From: an uncultured candidate division Zixibacteria bacterium
GTDB lineage: Bacteria > Zixibacteria > MSB-5A5 > GN15 > FEB-12
Assembly: GCA_963664195.1 (NCBI GenBank)
Contig: OY760907.1
Coordinates: 416,001 to 480,000 of the forward strand
DNA: 64,000 nt
Direction: 5' to 3'
The notes beneath the pieces are model-generated. The model worked only from the letters and a program-made list of their open reading frames with translations, made no database searches and had not been told where the DNA came from. Of this stretch, positions 1 to 10,341 are shown in pieces (position 1 is the stretch's first letter; each line of letters begins with the position of its first letter). The translations under genes were made by a program, and so were the position numbers.

Positions 1-1
1 T

Positions 2-763
2 CTCGTGATCGTTTACGAACCGGCCGACGACACCCTGATGCGGCTGGTAACCGTTTTGCCGCGTTCCGATGTGTACGCCGAATATCGACCGAATCAGGAT
101 TACTGGCATGAATCAGACGGTTCCATAAGCGGTCTGGTGGGCCACTGGAAACTTGATGAGACAAGCGATACCGTGGTCTCCGATGCCTCCGGCTACGGGA
201 ATCATGGCGCGACGCGTAACATGGCAGGCTCCCCATGGACCAACGGCAAGATTTCGGGTGCGCTGGAATTCGACGGCAGCAACGACTACGTTCAAATACC
301 GCACTCCGATGAACTGAACGGAACCGACGCCCTGACCTACTCGGCATGGGTGTACGCCCACGGATGGAGCGGGACCAGTCAGGTCATGGCGAAGTCTGTT
401 CATGGAGGCGGAACAGGTCGGGCGCAAATGGGAATATTCTCCGAAGGTGGAGTGCTGAAGGGTCGTGCGGAGACCGTGGACGGTCGCAGAGAAGTATCAA
501 CTTCTTTGACAACGCTGAACGCCTGGGTCCACGTCGCGCTGGTGTTCGACGGCACCTCGCTGAATCTATATGTCGACGGCATCCTTGAAGGAGACTACAG
601 TTTCGCCGCGACGACACTGATACAGACGACCGACCCACTCAATTTCAGTAAGCGAGTAGGGACATCGCAGTACTATTTCGACGGTCTGATAGACGACGTT
701 CGGGTATACAACCGCGCGCTGAGTCTGGCAGAAATCCAGGCTCTCTCAGGCATGGGAATGTGA
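2..763 (+). CDS. LamG/concanavalin A-like jellyroll domain protein (5' partial)
   Basis: Typical LamG motifs LVGHWKLDE, GALEFDGSNDYV, WVHVALVFDG, FDGLIDDVRVYNRAL; the frame is open to the window edge. Confidence 0.8.
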   Translation, partial: LVIVYEPADDTLMRLVTVLPRSDVYAEYRPNQDYWHESDGSISGLVGHWKLDETSDTVVSDASGYGNHGATRNMAGSPWTNGKISGALEFDGSNDYVQIPHSDELNGTDALTYSAWVYAHGWSGTSQVMAKSVHGGGTGRAQMGIFSEGGVLKGRAETVDGRREVSTSLTTLNAWVHVALVFDGTSLNLYVDGILEGDYSFAATTLIQTTDPLNFSKRVGTSQYYFDGLIDDVRVYNRALSLAEIQALSGMGM

Positions 764-764
764 G

Positions 765-1496
765 ATGCAGGTAGCACAAAACGACAAGAATGGCTTTACC
801 CTGATAGAGACGATCATTGTCATGCTGATTATTGGCATCGTCGCTGCGGTCGCCATGCGCAAGATGAACGAAACGGTGGAATCCGCTCAGTTTGAACAGA
901 CCAAGAAGGAAATGAACCAGATCGCAATGGCCATTGTCGGCAATCCCGAGGTCTACTCGCGCGGTGCCCGCACCGACTTCGGGTATGTGGGCGATGTCGG
1001 CGCCTTCCCACGCGATCTCGACGATCTCGTGACGAATCCGGGATATGCCACCTGGGATGGTCCGTATGTGAAGGGTGGTTTCGACGCCAACGCCTTCAAG
1101 CGGGACGGCTGGGGAACAGACTACACGTACTCAGACACACTGATACAGTCCACCGGATCAGGAACCGACATCGACAAGAAGATCACAACCTCATCGGCAG
1201 CGTTATCCAATGCTGTCGCCGGCTACGTAGTCGATGCCAATCGCCAGATGGCTTCGGGAGTGTTCAAAGATTCCGTGTTGGTGTCGCTAATCTACCCCGA
1301 CGGATCGGGCGGGACCGCAGTCACCACAGTTAATCCCGACGATCACGGGCGGTTTGCGTTTTCTGGCGTTCCTATAGGTAATCATACGCTCAGGGTTATC
1401 TACACTCCCGACACAGATACAACCACGTATTCCGTCACGGTTTATCCGGGAAAAGATGTCAGCCTGGACATCGTTTTCCCGGCGGATTTGTGGTAG
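765..1496 (+). CDS. Prepilin-type N-terminal cleavage/methylation domain protein (pilin/pseudopilin-like)
   Basis: Class III signal GFTLIETIIVMLIIGIVAAVA; GspG-like segment LDDLVTNPG...WDGPY...DGWG. Confidence 0.85.
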   Translation: MQVAQNDKNGFTLIETIIVMLIIGIVAAVAMRKMNETVESAQFEQTKKEMNQIAMAIVGNPEVYSRGARTDFGYVGDVGAFPRDLDDLVTNPGYATWDGPYVKGGFDANAFKRDGWGTDYTYSDTLIQSTGSGTDIDKKITTSSAALSNAVAGYVVDANRQMASGVFKDSVLVSLIYPDGSGGTAVTTVNPDDHGRFAFSGVPIGNHTLRVIYTPDTDTTTYSVTVYPGKDVSLDIVFPADLW

Positions 1497-1519
1497 GTGT
1501 TTGAAGGTATATAACCTGT

Positions 1520-2659
1520 TTATCCGCTAATCGCCAGATTGATCCCGCGTTTCTTCAGTTGCGGAAGGAATAGCGTCGGACTGACAGCGATTTCCTGCGG
1601 TTTGACACCGCGCACTTTGATCTGGCCCGCGGCCGCCATCCAGGCGATAATCGCCGCCGGGAATGCGGTCGTGCGCATCATAGCGGATAGGCCGGTCTTC
1701 GTATCCTGTCTATCAACAAGCTCGTAGGTGCGAACACCTGACTCACCGTCTTTAACCCCCTCGACCGTCACACGCAGCAACACCATGTCAAGATCCGAAG
1801 AGCTAAGCGTTCTCTGAAGCACGGCTTTGAAAACTTCTCTCGGTTCCACCGCACAACCGCCAACTTCGATCTGCTTGCGTGAGGCCAGCCCGATTTCCAG
1901 CATCGGCTTAAACAACTGGCAGTGACCTGGATAGCGAATAGTCTTGTAATCCAGAAAATCGACCTTGCCCTCGAACGTATCGGGGAGCGTAGAGGTACCG
2001 CCGGAAGTGTAAAACGCCTCAAGCTGACCAACACCGTCAAACTCAAGCTCCTCCACCGCTGACATTGGATTGACCATTTTCTTGCGGCCCTCATCGATGA
2101 TGACGCACGGTTCCCAATACTCGTTGATGAGGCCTTCGGTTGAGAAAACGATCTGATAGTTGAGCGGCGGACGGGGAGACTGTGGAAGTCCACCCACTCG
2201 TATCTTGACCGACTTTACCGTATCAAAACGTGCGATTCCGTCGGCTGCCATCAGCGAAACCATTCCTGGAGCAAGGCCACAATCCGGAATGGCGATGACA
2301 TCTGCCTTTTCGGCAGCGTCATTCATGGCCATTTGCGCCTTGACGGCGTCATTATTTCCGCCCAGATCAACCAAGTGACACTTCGCGGCAATAGCGGCCT
2401 GTGTGAGTCCCGGATTGTATTTGTAGGTCACACATGAGACTGCAGCGTCGTAGTCCTCAAGGATCGTGCGGGCGCGATCTTCATCGGCGGCATCAAGCCC
2501 GCCTGAGACGGCCTTTCCGTTGCCATATTTCTCACCGATTTCAGCGGCCAGTTGTTCGTTGATGTCAAATATGCCAACCTGCTGAACGTCGTCAGCTTGA
2601 GCCAGGTCATACAGGGCAGCCCTCCCCATGAGGCCGGCTCCCAGAACTGCAATCTTCAT
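1520..2659 (-). CDS. Saccharopine dehydrogenase family / lysine 6-dehydrogenase-like oxidoreductase
   Basis: Rossmann motif GAGLMG; DCGLAPG, YKTIRYPGH and SAMMRTT motifs. Confidence 0.85.
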   Translation of the reverse strand: MKIAVLGAGLMGRAALYDLAQADDVQQVGIFDINEQLAAEIGEKYGNGKAVSGGLDAADEDRARTILEDYDAAVSCVTYKYNPGLTQAAIAAKCHLVDLGGNNDAVKAQMAMNDAAEKADVIAIPDCGLAPGMVSLMAADGIARFDTVKSVKIRVGGLPQSPRPPLNYQIVFSTEGLINEYWEPCVIIDEGRKKMVNPMSAVEELEFDGVGQLEAFYTSGGTSTLPDTFEGKVDFLDYKTIRYPGHCQLFKPMLEIGLASRKQIEVGGCAVEPREVFKAVLQRTLSSSDLDMVLLRVTVEGVKDGESGVRTYELVDRQDTKTGLSAMMRTTAFPAAIIAWMAAAGQIKVRGVKPQEIAVSPTLFLPQLKKRGINLAISG

Positions 2660-2829
2660 ATTCTCACTCCCCTTAAGGGATCAGGGTAACGTCTCTTCAT
2701 TATACGAGCCACCAAATAAGGGCAGACGATCAACAAAAGCAACCTGATAAACATCAAAGTTGCGCCCAATCGTACCGATAACTTCGGTAAGAAGACAATC
2801 TTCAAACGAGGCAATCGGTGACTGAGAGC

Positions 2830-3177
2830 ATGGAATTCGAGCATATTGATCTCGACACAATCGACATCAGTGACGAACTGAAACAGGAGATCAAGTTGTG
2901 TCGGGCATTGAGGCCTTACATCGGTCATTGTCTGTCAATGAACCACGACATAAACAATCCGCTGGCCGGGATTATCGGATTCTCAGAATACCTGCTCATG
3001 GACGAAGACACGCTGACCGAAGAGCAGGCCGCCAATATCAAACAGATCATGACTTGCGCGGAACGGATCAGGAAACTGATGGAGCGTCTCTGCGATCACA
3101 AGATGTCACTCGCAGAAGATATTGATTTGGAATCGATTACCGCCCGGTATAAGAAAGTCCAGAGACCTCTAGATTAG
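2830..3177 (+). CDS. Stand-alone HisKA (dimerisation/phosphoacceptor) domain protein
   Basis: H-box MNHDINNPLAGIIGFSEYL; no HATPase domain. Start is ATG 2830 or GTG 2818. Confidence 0.7.
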   Translation: MEFEHIDLDTIDISDELKQEIKLCRALRPYIGHCLSMNHDINNPLAGIIGFSEYLLMDEDTLTEEQAANIKQIMTCAERIRKLMERLCDHKMSLAEDIDLESITARYKKVQRPLD

Positions 3178-5340
3178 GTGATTGACCTTTCGCAACAGCC
3201 ACTCCGTGGTTAGCAGCGCAACAAACAACAGCAGCAGCCACAACCGTCCCCAGAGCGCCTTCTCCCCTTTGACGGACTCAGTAACCGGTGCAAGGTTCAT
3301 TGAAGCCACGGCTCCTCCAAACTCATCATACCGGCAGTATTTTCCGCCGGAAGCACGGGACAACACCTGCAGGGTCGAAGGATCGCCGTGCTGGTTTGAC
3401 TCCTCCAGAGAAAACGATTCAATCAGGATCTTGCCGCTTGATTCCTTCAACATCCGGCCATCCTTTCTGAAGATGCCGTCGAAATCATACTCTCCCGGCG
3501 GAACGGCCCTGAATTCGGCGGTGAACTTGCCCTCTCCCCGATCAACGAAATCGATCTCGAAGGTCTCCCCTGTCGCGACGTTCTTCAGGTTGACAAACCC
3601 GATGACACCGGGCAGCGGACGGAATCCCTGATCGAATGCAAACCCCTCAAACCTGATTGGGGCGCCCCGACTGAATACGTCCTGTTCGGGATTAATCCTG
3701 ACGGGGTCGAAATCATCCTGTACGGTCAACCAGCTAATCGTCCCCTGAAGCAACCGACTATAGTCGGGCCCGCCGGCGTCGTACCCCAGCGTCTCAAATT
3801 CCCAGGTCCACAACGGCGAGGCGGCGCTTGCTATCAGTTTGCCGGGTCCCAGCCGTCTGTATCCCAATACGGGAAGTCGGACGTCGCCCTCCCCGGTGCC
3901 CGAGGCAAAGGCCAGCACGGTCCCACCGGGTGCGATTTGATCGCAGGGCACAAGCATCTCGAACGGCGGCAACAGTGACCATCGCTCGCGCACGCCGGCG
4001 CGATCATCGGCAAGACGCACCGCCGGGTGGAAAAGCTCACCCTCTGCCGGCACGCCATGAAAATCTGCGTAGGCCGCTTTCGTGAGCCTGCTCTGGTGGA
4101 ACGGCAGGAGATCGTTCATCCAGGCCTGCGGACCCGCCCCGGCAAATCGCGCCCCCATCATTATCCAAATCGCTCCTCCCTTTTCGGCCAGATATGACCG
4201 CAAGAGCGCCTGTCTTGATTCCAAATCGCCCGGATCCGGGTCATGGAAAATCACCAGGTCGTATCGATTAAGCGCAGCTTGTGACGACGGGAGCCGTCCG
4301 GTCAGGTTGCCCGATTTGTCGCCAATCGCGATCAGGTCAACATCGTAACGGTCCGATTGCAGGAGGAACCGGCGAAGGAACCCGACCTCGTAGTCCGGTT
4401 CAGCGGTGACCAGCAGGACTTCCAGCCGGCTTTTCAGAACTTTGATCGCAATGCTTCGCTGATTGTTGCCATCACTGGCTTCCCCTTCCAACAACGGCAC
4501 ATTCACATTGAGAAGCTTCTTCCCCGGTTCCACCGGGACGTATTTGAGGGTAACCTCGCCGAAGCCGCCCTCTTCGTCAATCGAGTAGCGGGCTTCAGCG
4601 ACGGTGTTGTCCGATTCATTCAGTCGAATCACCGCGGTCTTGCCGGTGCCGCTCTGCCACGTCAATTTAACCTTGATCTCTGTCGACTGCCCTGCAAACG
4701 CCACCGGATTAAACTCCACTTCGGCAATGCCGATGTCAAACTCGCCGACATCACTGGCCATACCAACAGTTGTAACGGGCACTTTGAGTCCGGAGGCAAC
4801 ATCGGACGGTTTGCGCCCGCTGTTTGAGTTTCCGTCGGAGAACAACAGCCACAGATCGGAGGGATTGGACAGCTCGATCTTCTCAAGCTCCGCCACAGCC
4901 TCTCCCAGCGCGGTTTTCTCAGTGCCAACCCGAGACAGCCCCCGTACGAGGTTCTCGCCGAAATAGTAAGTGGAAATGTCAGCGCTCTGGTCAATCCGTT
5001 CGAAATCCTCTCCTGACAACAACGAGTCAAGGCGCACTTTTCGAGACTGATCGTTTTCTACCCGATCCATACTACCGGAACGATCCAGCAGAACCGCAAT
5101 CCGTTTGGCACGCGTAAACTCTCTTGAGTAGCTGAAAACAGGCTCGAAAAGCGCCGTAATCAGGACCAGGACAGCGAGAACCCGAATAGCCGCCAGAAGA
5201 ATACTGAGATACCTGGGAATAGGAGGATTGGTGCGATAGTACAACAAGACCGCCAGGGCCACCAGCACGATTGTAGCCAGCGCAACCGCCCAGGGCGAGC
5301 CGGTCAGGAAATTAACGGATATATCCTTAAAGCCGAACAT
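3169..5340 (-). CDS. Membrane-anchored VWA domain protein with a glutamine-amidotransferase-like middle domain
   Basis: N-terminal TM helices, MIDAS-like LLDRSGSM, LFSDG motif, C-terminal TM ending EWLLRK. Confidence 0.7.
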   Translation of the reverse strand: MFGFKDISVNFLTGSPWAVALATIVLVALAVLLYYRTNPPIPRYLSILLAAIRVLAVLVLITALFEPVFSYSREFTRAKRIAVLLDRSGSMDRVENDQSRKVRLDSLLSGEDFERIDQSADISTYYFGENLVRGLSRVGTEKTALGEAVAELEKIELSNPSDLWLLFSDGNSNSGRKPSDVASGLKVPVTTVGMASDVGEFDIGIAEVEFNPVAFAGQSTEIKVKLTWQSGTGKTAVIRLNESDNTVAEARYSIDEEGGFGEVTLKYVPVEPGKKLLNVNVPLLEGEASDGNNQRSIAIKVLKSRLEVLLVTAEPDYEVGFLRRFLLQSDRYDVDLIAIGDKSGNLTGRLPSSQAALNRYDLVIFHDPDPGDLESRQALLRSYLAEKGGAIWIMMGARFAGAGPQAWMNDLLPFHQSRLTKAAYADFHGVPAEGELFHPAVRLADDRAGVRERWSLLPPFEMLVPCDQIAPGGTVLAFASGTGEGDVRLPVLGYRRLGPGKLIASAASPLWTWEFETLGYDAGGPDYSRLLQGTISWLTVQDDFDPVRINPEQDVFSRGAPIRFEGFAFDQGFRPLPGVIGFVNLKNVATGETFEIDFVDRGEGKFTAEFRAVPPGEYDFDGIFRKDGRMLKESSGKILIESFSLEESNQHGDPSTLQVLSRASGGKYCRYDEFGGAVASMNLAPVTESVKGEKALWGRLWLLLLFVALLTTEWLLRKVNHLI

Positions 5341-5400
5341 GTTGTCTCATTATACAATGACCGACCAAACCGGTTTGGCGATTTGACGCAATTGACACAC

Positions 5401-6387
5401 TCAGGAAGCCCGGGCGACCGTGAACCGGACCATATTGGTCAAAGACTCGTAGTACTTTGAGGCTCCTATGTGGGATAACGATTCCAATGCCTGCTCACCC
5501 AGCTCATTTGCTCGCCGGTAGGCATAGTCTACGCCACCGCACTCCTTGACGAAATCGTACACTCTCTCGAAGGCGCCTTCGGTGGCATGGCCGTCCCTGA
5601 GGTACTTAGTCATTTCCCGGCTTGAAGCCTCGCCCACAGACTGAAGCGAGTAAATCAACGGCAGGGTCACCTTGCCGTTGAGCACATCGTTGCCCGGCTC
5701 CTTGCCGGTCACCTCGGCATCGCCCACAAAATCAAGCAGGTCATCTGCAACCTGGAAAGCCGTTCCGATCTTCTCGCCAAAGTCGGCGAACCGCTCACGG
5801 TCCTCGATATCGCGCCCTTGGAGAATCGGCCCCGCCTCACATGACACGGCAAACAACGAAGCTGTTTTGTCAGCGATGATGTCGAGATACTCGTCTTCGG
5901 AAAGCGAGTAGTTTTCGGTTTCCTCAATCTGGCGCAGTTCTCCTACCGAAACGCGCTCGGTAGCGCGGGAGATCGCGTCGACCAAATCAATGGACTTCGG
6001 CTCAACCATCACGCGGAAAGCCTTCGCAAAAATGTAATCCCCCATTAATACGGAGATCAGGTTCTTCCACTTGTAGTTGACCGTCTCCTGGCCGCGGCGA
6101 AGATCCGACTCGTCTACTACGTCGTCATGCAGAAGCGTGGCGGTATGGATGAGCTCAATCGCCAGAGAGGCATCGACTGAGTGCTCAGAATAGTTCTCGG
6201 ACGCCCGTGAAGACAGAAAGAGAAATGCCGGGCGGATTCGTTTGCCCCTGGACTGCAACAGGTGCCGGGCGATGGAAGAGATCAACGGAGAATCGCCACG
6301 AAGGTAATCGTGAAGTTTCTGGTCGAAGGTTTCCAGATCGTCCTTGACCGGGGCAGTATATTCAGCTAACCGATTTGTGTCGAGCGT
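5401..6387 (-). CDS. Polyprenyl (octa/heptaprenyl-type) diphosphate synthase
   Basis: GKRIRP, LLHDDVVD, FQVADDLLD and KTA motifs. The track start is TTG 6285, but family-like sequence continues in frame to about 6387 (see findings). Confidence 0.9.
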   Translation of the reverse strand, partial: TLDTNRLAEYTAPVKDDLETFDQKLHDYLRGDSPLISSIARHLLQSRGKRIRPAFLFLSSRASENYSEHSVDASLAIELIHTATLLHDDVVDESDLRRGQETVNYKWKNLISVLMGDYIFAKAFRVMVEPKSIDLVDAISRATERVSVGELRQIEETENYSLSEDEYLDIIADKTASLFAVSCEAGPILQGRDIEDRERFADFGEKIGTAFQVADDLLDFVGDAEVTGKEPGNDVLNGKVTLPLIYSLQSVGEASSREMTKYLRDGHATEGAFERVYDFVKECGGVDYAYRRANELGEQALESLSHIGASKYYESLTNMVRFTVARAS

Positions 6388-6557
6388 AGTAATACCTCAC
6401 ATCATGCAGTTTCCGTTGGCTGAGTCAAAGAAACAGCTTAGCGAGGGAATGTCAATTCCTTTAAGACCGTGCGGAATGCAGTCGTAATGTGCGGTCTATT
6501 GCAGGGCAGGCCTGCACCAGACTGAGATCGTGACAACGCGTCCAATCCGATTCTGCC

Positions 6558-7409
6558 CTACGGGCCGCTCTTCGCAAGGAGCCCCATGAATTCGCGCAGA
6601 CCGTTGACATACCGATCGCTCTCGTAGTAATCACGCTCGTTGTGGTCGCCGGATAGCTCGATGAATGTCTTGGGCTCTTGGGCAGCTTCAAAGAGCGCGC
6701 GGCCATGCTCGTAGGGAATTAGTCGGTCATCGGGAGAATGCGTCACCAGCACGGGACAATTAAGCAGACCGATCTTACCGACCGAATCGAGCTTGAACCG
6801 TGAGATGAGTTTGGCCGGCAGCCAGGGGAACATGCTCTTGCCAATATCTGCCGCCGATGAGAACGATGATTCGACGATCACTCCGCCGCACGGCACCTGA
6901 CTCGCCAATTCAATCGCCGGTGCGCCGCCGAGAGATCGTCCGAGCACGTACAGATTCTCCGGTGCCACGCCCTTTTCGTTCAGCAGCCAATCGTAGGCCG
7001 CGCGCGTGTCCTCGTAGAGATTTTGCTCAGAAGGAGTACCATCGGACTTGCCGTAGCCGCGATAGTCGAATATGAAGACCTCGACCCCAAGTCCGTGAAG
7101 AAATTGAAGCGTGAAGGTTCGATGAGAGATATTGCCGGCGTTGCCGTGGCAAAACAGAACCGTTCTGACGGTGCTGTTTGCCGGTGAGGATTCACTGGCC
7201 GGGATAAACCAGCCGTTGATTTTCTCCCCGTTGTCGTGTTCTATATATACGTCTTCCCACTTGAGATTCGCCTGGTCGGGGGTTATAACAAAACTCCGTT
7301 GCGGGACAAACACTACCCAGTCCTGAAACAGGTATAATCCTGCGCCCAGAATGACGAATAGCCCTACAATGATGGCGACATAGATCAGCAACATACGTGC
7401 AGCATTCAT
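6558..7409 (-). CDS. Alpha/beta hydrolase (ABHD13/Bem46-like), N-terminal membrane anchor
   Basis: HGNAGN, DYRGYG, nucleophile elbow GRSLGG, C-terminal catalytic His in GDHN. Confidence 0.88.
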   Translation of the reverse strand: MNAARMLLIYVAIIVGLFVILGAGLYLFQDWVVFVPQRSFVITPDQANLKWEDVYIEHDNGEKINGWFIPASESSPANSTVRTVLFCHGNAGNISHRTFTLQFLHGLGVEVFIFDYRGYGKSDGTPSEQNLYEDTRAAYDWLLNEKGVAPENLYVLGRSLGGAPAIELASQVPCGGVIVESSFSSAADIGKSMFPWLPAKLISRFKLDSVGKIGLLNCPVLVTHSPDDRLIPYEHGRALFEAAQEPKTFIELSGDHNERDYYESDRYVNGLREFMGLLAKSGP

Positions 7410-7459
7410 GGTATCAGATAGTGCCCAACGGTTTCTTGCGACTGTAACGGCCCGGCCTT

Positions 7460-8629
7460 CTACTTGAGTTCCCGAAATCGGTTCAACGTTTTTTGCAGGT
7501 CTCCACGCAGGGAATTGTCGAAACGTTCCACGGAGGCGTTTCTGAAGGATGGGGCCGGCGTCTTTATCCGGGCCAGTTCTATGTTGTCATCGGTGTAGAA
7601 ACCGTCAACAAACGTCACCGTCTCGTACTCCTCAAACGGTTTAGTCCAGATGTAACCGTCGCAGAAAGCACCGAGCGTGAAGTCATCATACCCGGCGGCA
7701 TACACCGTGTTCCTTGCCTTGAGTGTGGCAAACGGGCTGTCAGTGATATCGAATCCGACCGGGGCAGCTTCCTCGCCGAGGGACGCCATGACCTCATCAA
7801 CAGCGCCGTTCACCGGCTTGACATACGATCCGTTGTACCCGTTATCGAGATCATCCCACGGGCTGTGGAGAAAGATCGTCATGCACCGATCACCGAGCGC
7901 GTTTTTAACGTACGTCCCGGTGCGACAGTCCTCAAAACGAATGAACTCGCCGGAGCCGTTCACTATCGGTTGAAGGTATCCCGTGAAGGCGTGGTGTATG
8001 CCGCAGTAAACGAGCACTTTGTTTCCATCTTCAACGGCTTCTAAAATAACGTCGGCCCAGTCTTTTTCGGTGCAGCCTTTCCAGACGAGTTTCTTCTTGT
8101 CGTCGTTGTCCCTATCCGCACGGGTTTGTATGGGACTCCAGTCGACATCGCAGTTCAGACCAAGAATACGGAACGGACGTGCATCTTCGGGAAGCGAACG
8201 GTTGAGTTCCCAGGCAGCCTCATAGATATCCAGATACTCGCGGTACGGCCAGGCGGAAAACTGATTGATCTGGATGTGTCTTGCCAGCGCTTCATCCCAC
8301 TCGGCACTGTTCAGCAGGCTGTCGACAAGCGGCTGGTCATCGCGGTTTGCAAACTCGAAACCAAGCGTGCTAATACCGTTTGCATAGAGCGCCGGAATCA
8401 GATACTGCACGAGAATCGGATCGTGTCTGATGCAGTGGTGTTCACCGATGAAAACGACATCGTGATCGACAAACTTGCCGACGACATAATCAATCGGCGT
8501 CCGACCGTTGGTGACCAGATACTGCTTGAGGCCGAAGAGCTTCGAGGAATCGAGTTTCCGGTTATCGGAGGTTTCGCTGCACCCGGTCAGCAGAGACAGT
8601 GCGATCAGGATTGCGGTAATTAGTCTCAT
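7460..8629 (-). CDS. Lipoprotein, ChaN/erythromycin-esterase-like superfamily
   Basis: Lipobox LLTGC after ATG 8629; VVFIGEHH, LGFEF and YCGIHH motifs. Confidence 0.6.
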   Translation of the reverse strand: MRLITAILIALSLLTGCSETSDNRKLDSSKLFGLKQYLVTNGRTPIDYVVGKFVDHDVVFIGEHHCIRHDPILVQYLIPALYANGISTLGFEFANRDDQPLVDSLLNSAEWDEALARHIQINQFSAWPYREYLDIYEAAWELNRSLPEDARPFRILGLNCDVDWSPIQTRADRDNDDKKKLVWKGCTEKDWADVILEAVEDGNKVLVYCGIHHAFTGYLQPIVNGSGEFIRFEDCRTGTYVKNALGDRCMTIFLHSPWDDLDNGYNGSYVKPVNGAVDEVMASLGEEAAPVGFDITDSPFATLKARNTVYAAGYDDFTLGAFCDGYIWTKPFEEYETVTFVDGFYTDDNIELARIKTPAPSFRNASVERFDNSLRGDLQKTLNRFRELK

Positions 8630-8693
8630 GGTACTCCCCTTGTATGTGCTGTCATGCGACAGCGACACCGTGTGTCCTTGTGTGGCAGCACAG

Positions 8694-8752
8694 GTAGGTC
8701 GAAACCGGTGCTGTTTCGACATTGTGATGTCAAGCCTGAGGACGGGTTTGAC
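8694..8752. repeat. Inverted pair of REP-like palindromes
   Basis: GTAG-GTCGAAAC...GTTTCGAC; minus-strand GTCAAACCCGTCCTCAGGCTTGAC is similar to 19721-19744. Confidence 0.6.
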
Positions 8753-8799
8753 GTGCAATCTTCACTGTATCTTGCCTCATGCGCTTGGCGGCCCGGGCA

Positions 8800-10341
8800 C
8801 TACTCCCACTCAATCGTCGCTGGAGGTTTCGATGATATATCGTACGTCACGCGATTGACTCCCCTCACGTTGCGAATAACATCGTTCGATATCTCGGCCA
8901 AAATGTCGTTGTCAATGCGCGCCCAATCAGCGGTCATGCCATCGACCGAAGTAACAGCCCGAAGCGCGATCACGTTTTCATAGGTCCGCTCGTCGCCCAT
9001 CACCCCCACCGCACGTACCGGCAACAGCACCGCAAACGCCTGCCAGATGTCGTCGTAGATGCCGTGTTTGTGAAGTTGCTCGATAAAAATCGCGTCCACT
9101 TCGCCAAGTAAGTCACATCGTTCTTTGGTCACTTCGCCAAGAATCCGCACGGCCAGACCGGGTCCCGGGAACGGATGGCGACCAATGAATTTCTTCGGTA
9201 ACCCCAATGCCCGGCCAAGCTCACGGACTTCGTCTTTGAACAACTCCCGAAGCGGTTCGACCAGTTTCAACCTCATACGATCTTTCAGACCGCCGACGTT
9301 ATGGTGTGACTTGATCGTGGCCGACGGGCCTTTGAAGGACACGGACTCAATCACATCCGGATACAGCGTCCCCTGAGCGAGGAAATCAACCTCACCGATT
9401 TTGTCCGCCTCCGCCTCGAAGATGTCGATGAAAGTCGAGCCGATGATCTTGCGTTTTTCCTCAGGATCCTCGACACCTGCAAGCCTCTCCAGAAAAGTTT
9501 GTGAGGCGTCGACAGGCCGGAGATTGATCCCCAGGGTGGTGAGCATTTCGATCACCTCTTCGAACTCGTTTTTGCGGAGAACGCCGTTGTTTACAAACAC
9601 CGCGTGAAGATTCTTGCCGATGGCTTTGTCGAGAAGCATGGCGGCCACCGTAGAATCGACTCCGCCGGAAATACCGAGGATGACCTTGTTGTCGCCCACC
9701 TGTTCTTGAATAGCCGCCATCGACTCTTCTATTAACGAAGCCGTCGTCCAGTCACCCTTCACTCCACAGATATGGAACAGGAAATTGCTGATGATCCGCT
9801 TGCCTTCGACCGTGTGGTGTACTTCCGGATGGAATTGCAAACCGTAGACGTTCTTTTCTATGTTAGCAATCGCCGCCGTCGCCAGCGACTCGGTGCTTCC
9901 GAGGACATCGAAACCACCGGGCAGATTGACGATCGAGTCACCGTGGGACATCCACACCTGGCTTTTCGGCGCGACACCGTCGAACAACCGTCCGCGGTTA
10001 CCGGCATTGAAAGAAGCTCTTCCGTACTCGCGATGCTCGCTGCGGACAAGTTCTCCACCAAAGAGATCGGCAATAAGCTGCATGCCGTAACAAAGCCCCA
10101 GAATCGGCACGGATGTATCGAAGAACTCCTTGCCAAGACGGGGCGCATCGTCATCCTTGATTGAGGACGGTCCGCCCGAGAGAATATATCCCGCAATATT
10201 CCGGCCTTCGTAGACCGAGAGATCGGCGTTGAACGGGACGATTTCGCAATAGACATGGGCCTCGCGGACCCGCCGGGCGATAAGCTGCGTGTATTGGGAA
10301 CCAAAATCCAGAATGAGAATCATCTCATGGGATTTGCTCAT
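8800..10341 (-). CDS. guaA: GMP synthase (glutamine-hydrolysing)
   Basis: LDFGSQYTQLIARR, GLCYGMQ, QFHPEV, SGGVDS, IKSHHN, KPPATIEWE. Confidence 0.98.
   Translation of the reverse strand: MSKSHEMILILDFGSQYTQLIARRVREAHVYCEIVPFNADLSVYEGRNIAGYILSGGPSSIKDDDAPRLGKEFFDTSVPILGLCYGMQLIADLFGGELVRSEHREYGRASFNAGNRGRLFDGVAPKSQVWMSHGDSIVNLPGGFDVLGSTESLATAAIANIEKNVYGLQFHPEVHHTVEGKRIISNFLFHICGVKGDWTTASLIEESMAAIQEQVGDNKVILGISGGVDSTVAAMLLDKAIGKNLHAVFVNNGVLRKNEFEEVIEMLTTLGINLRPVDASQTFLERLAGVEDPEEKRKIIGSTFIDIFEAEADKIGEVDFLAQGTLYPDVIESVSFKGPSATIKSHHNVGGLKDRMRLKLVEPLRELFKDEVRELGRALGLPKKFIGRHPFPGPGLAVRILGEVTKERCDLLGEVDAIFIEQLHKHGIYDDIWQAFAVLLPVRAVGVMGDERTYENVIALRAVTSVDGMTADWARIDNDILAEISNDVIRNVRGVNRVTYDISSKPPATIEWE

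Noticed and set aside
6397..6399. In-frame TGA after ATG ATG as selenocysteine or recoding
   Set aside because: No catalytic Cys is expected there, no SECIS-like hairpin is evident, and TGA is a normal stop in many other genes in the window.
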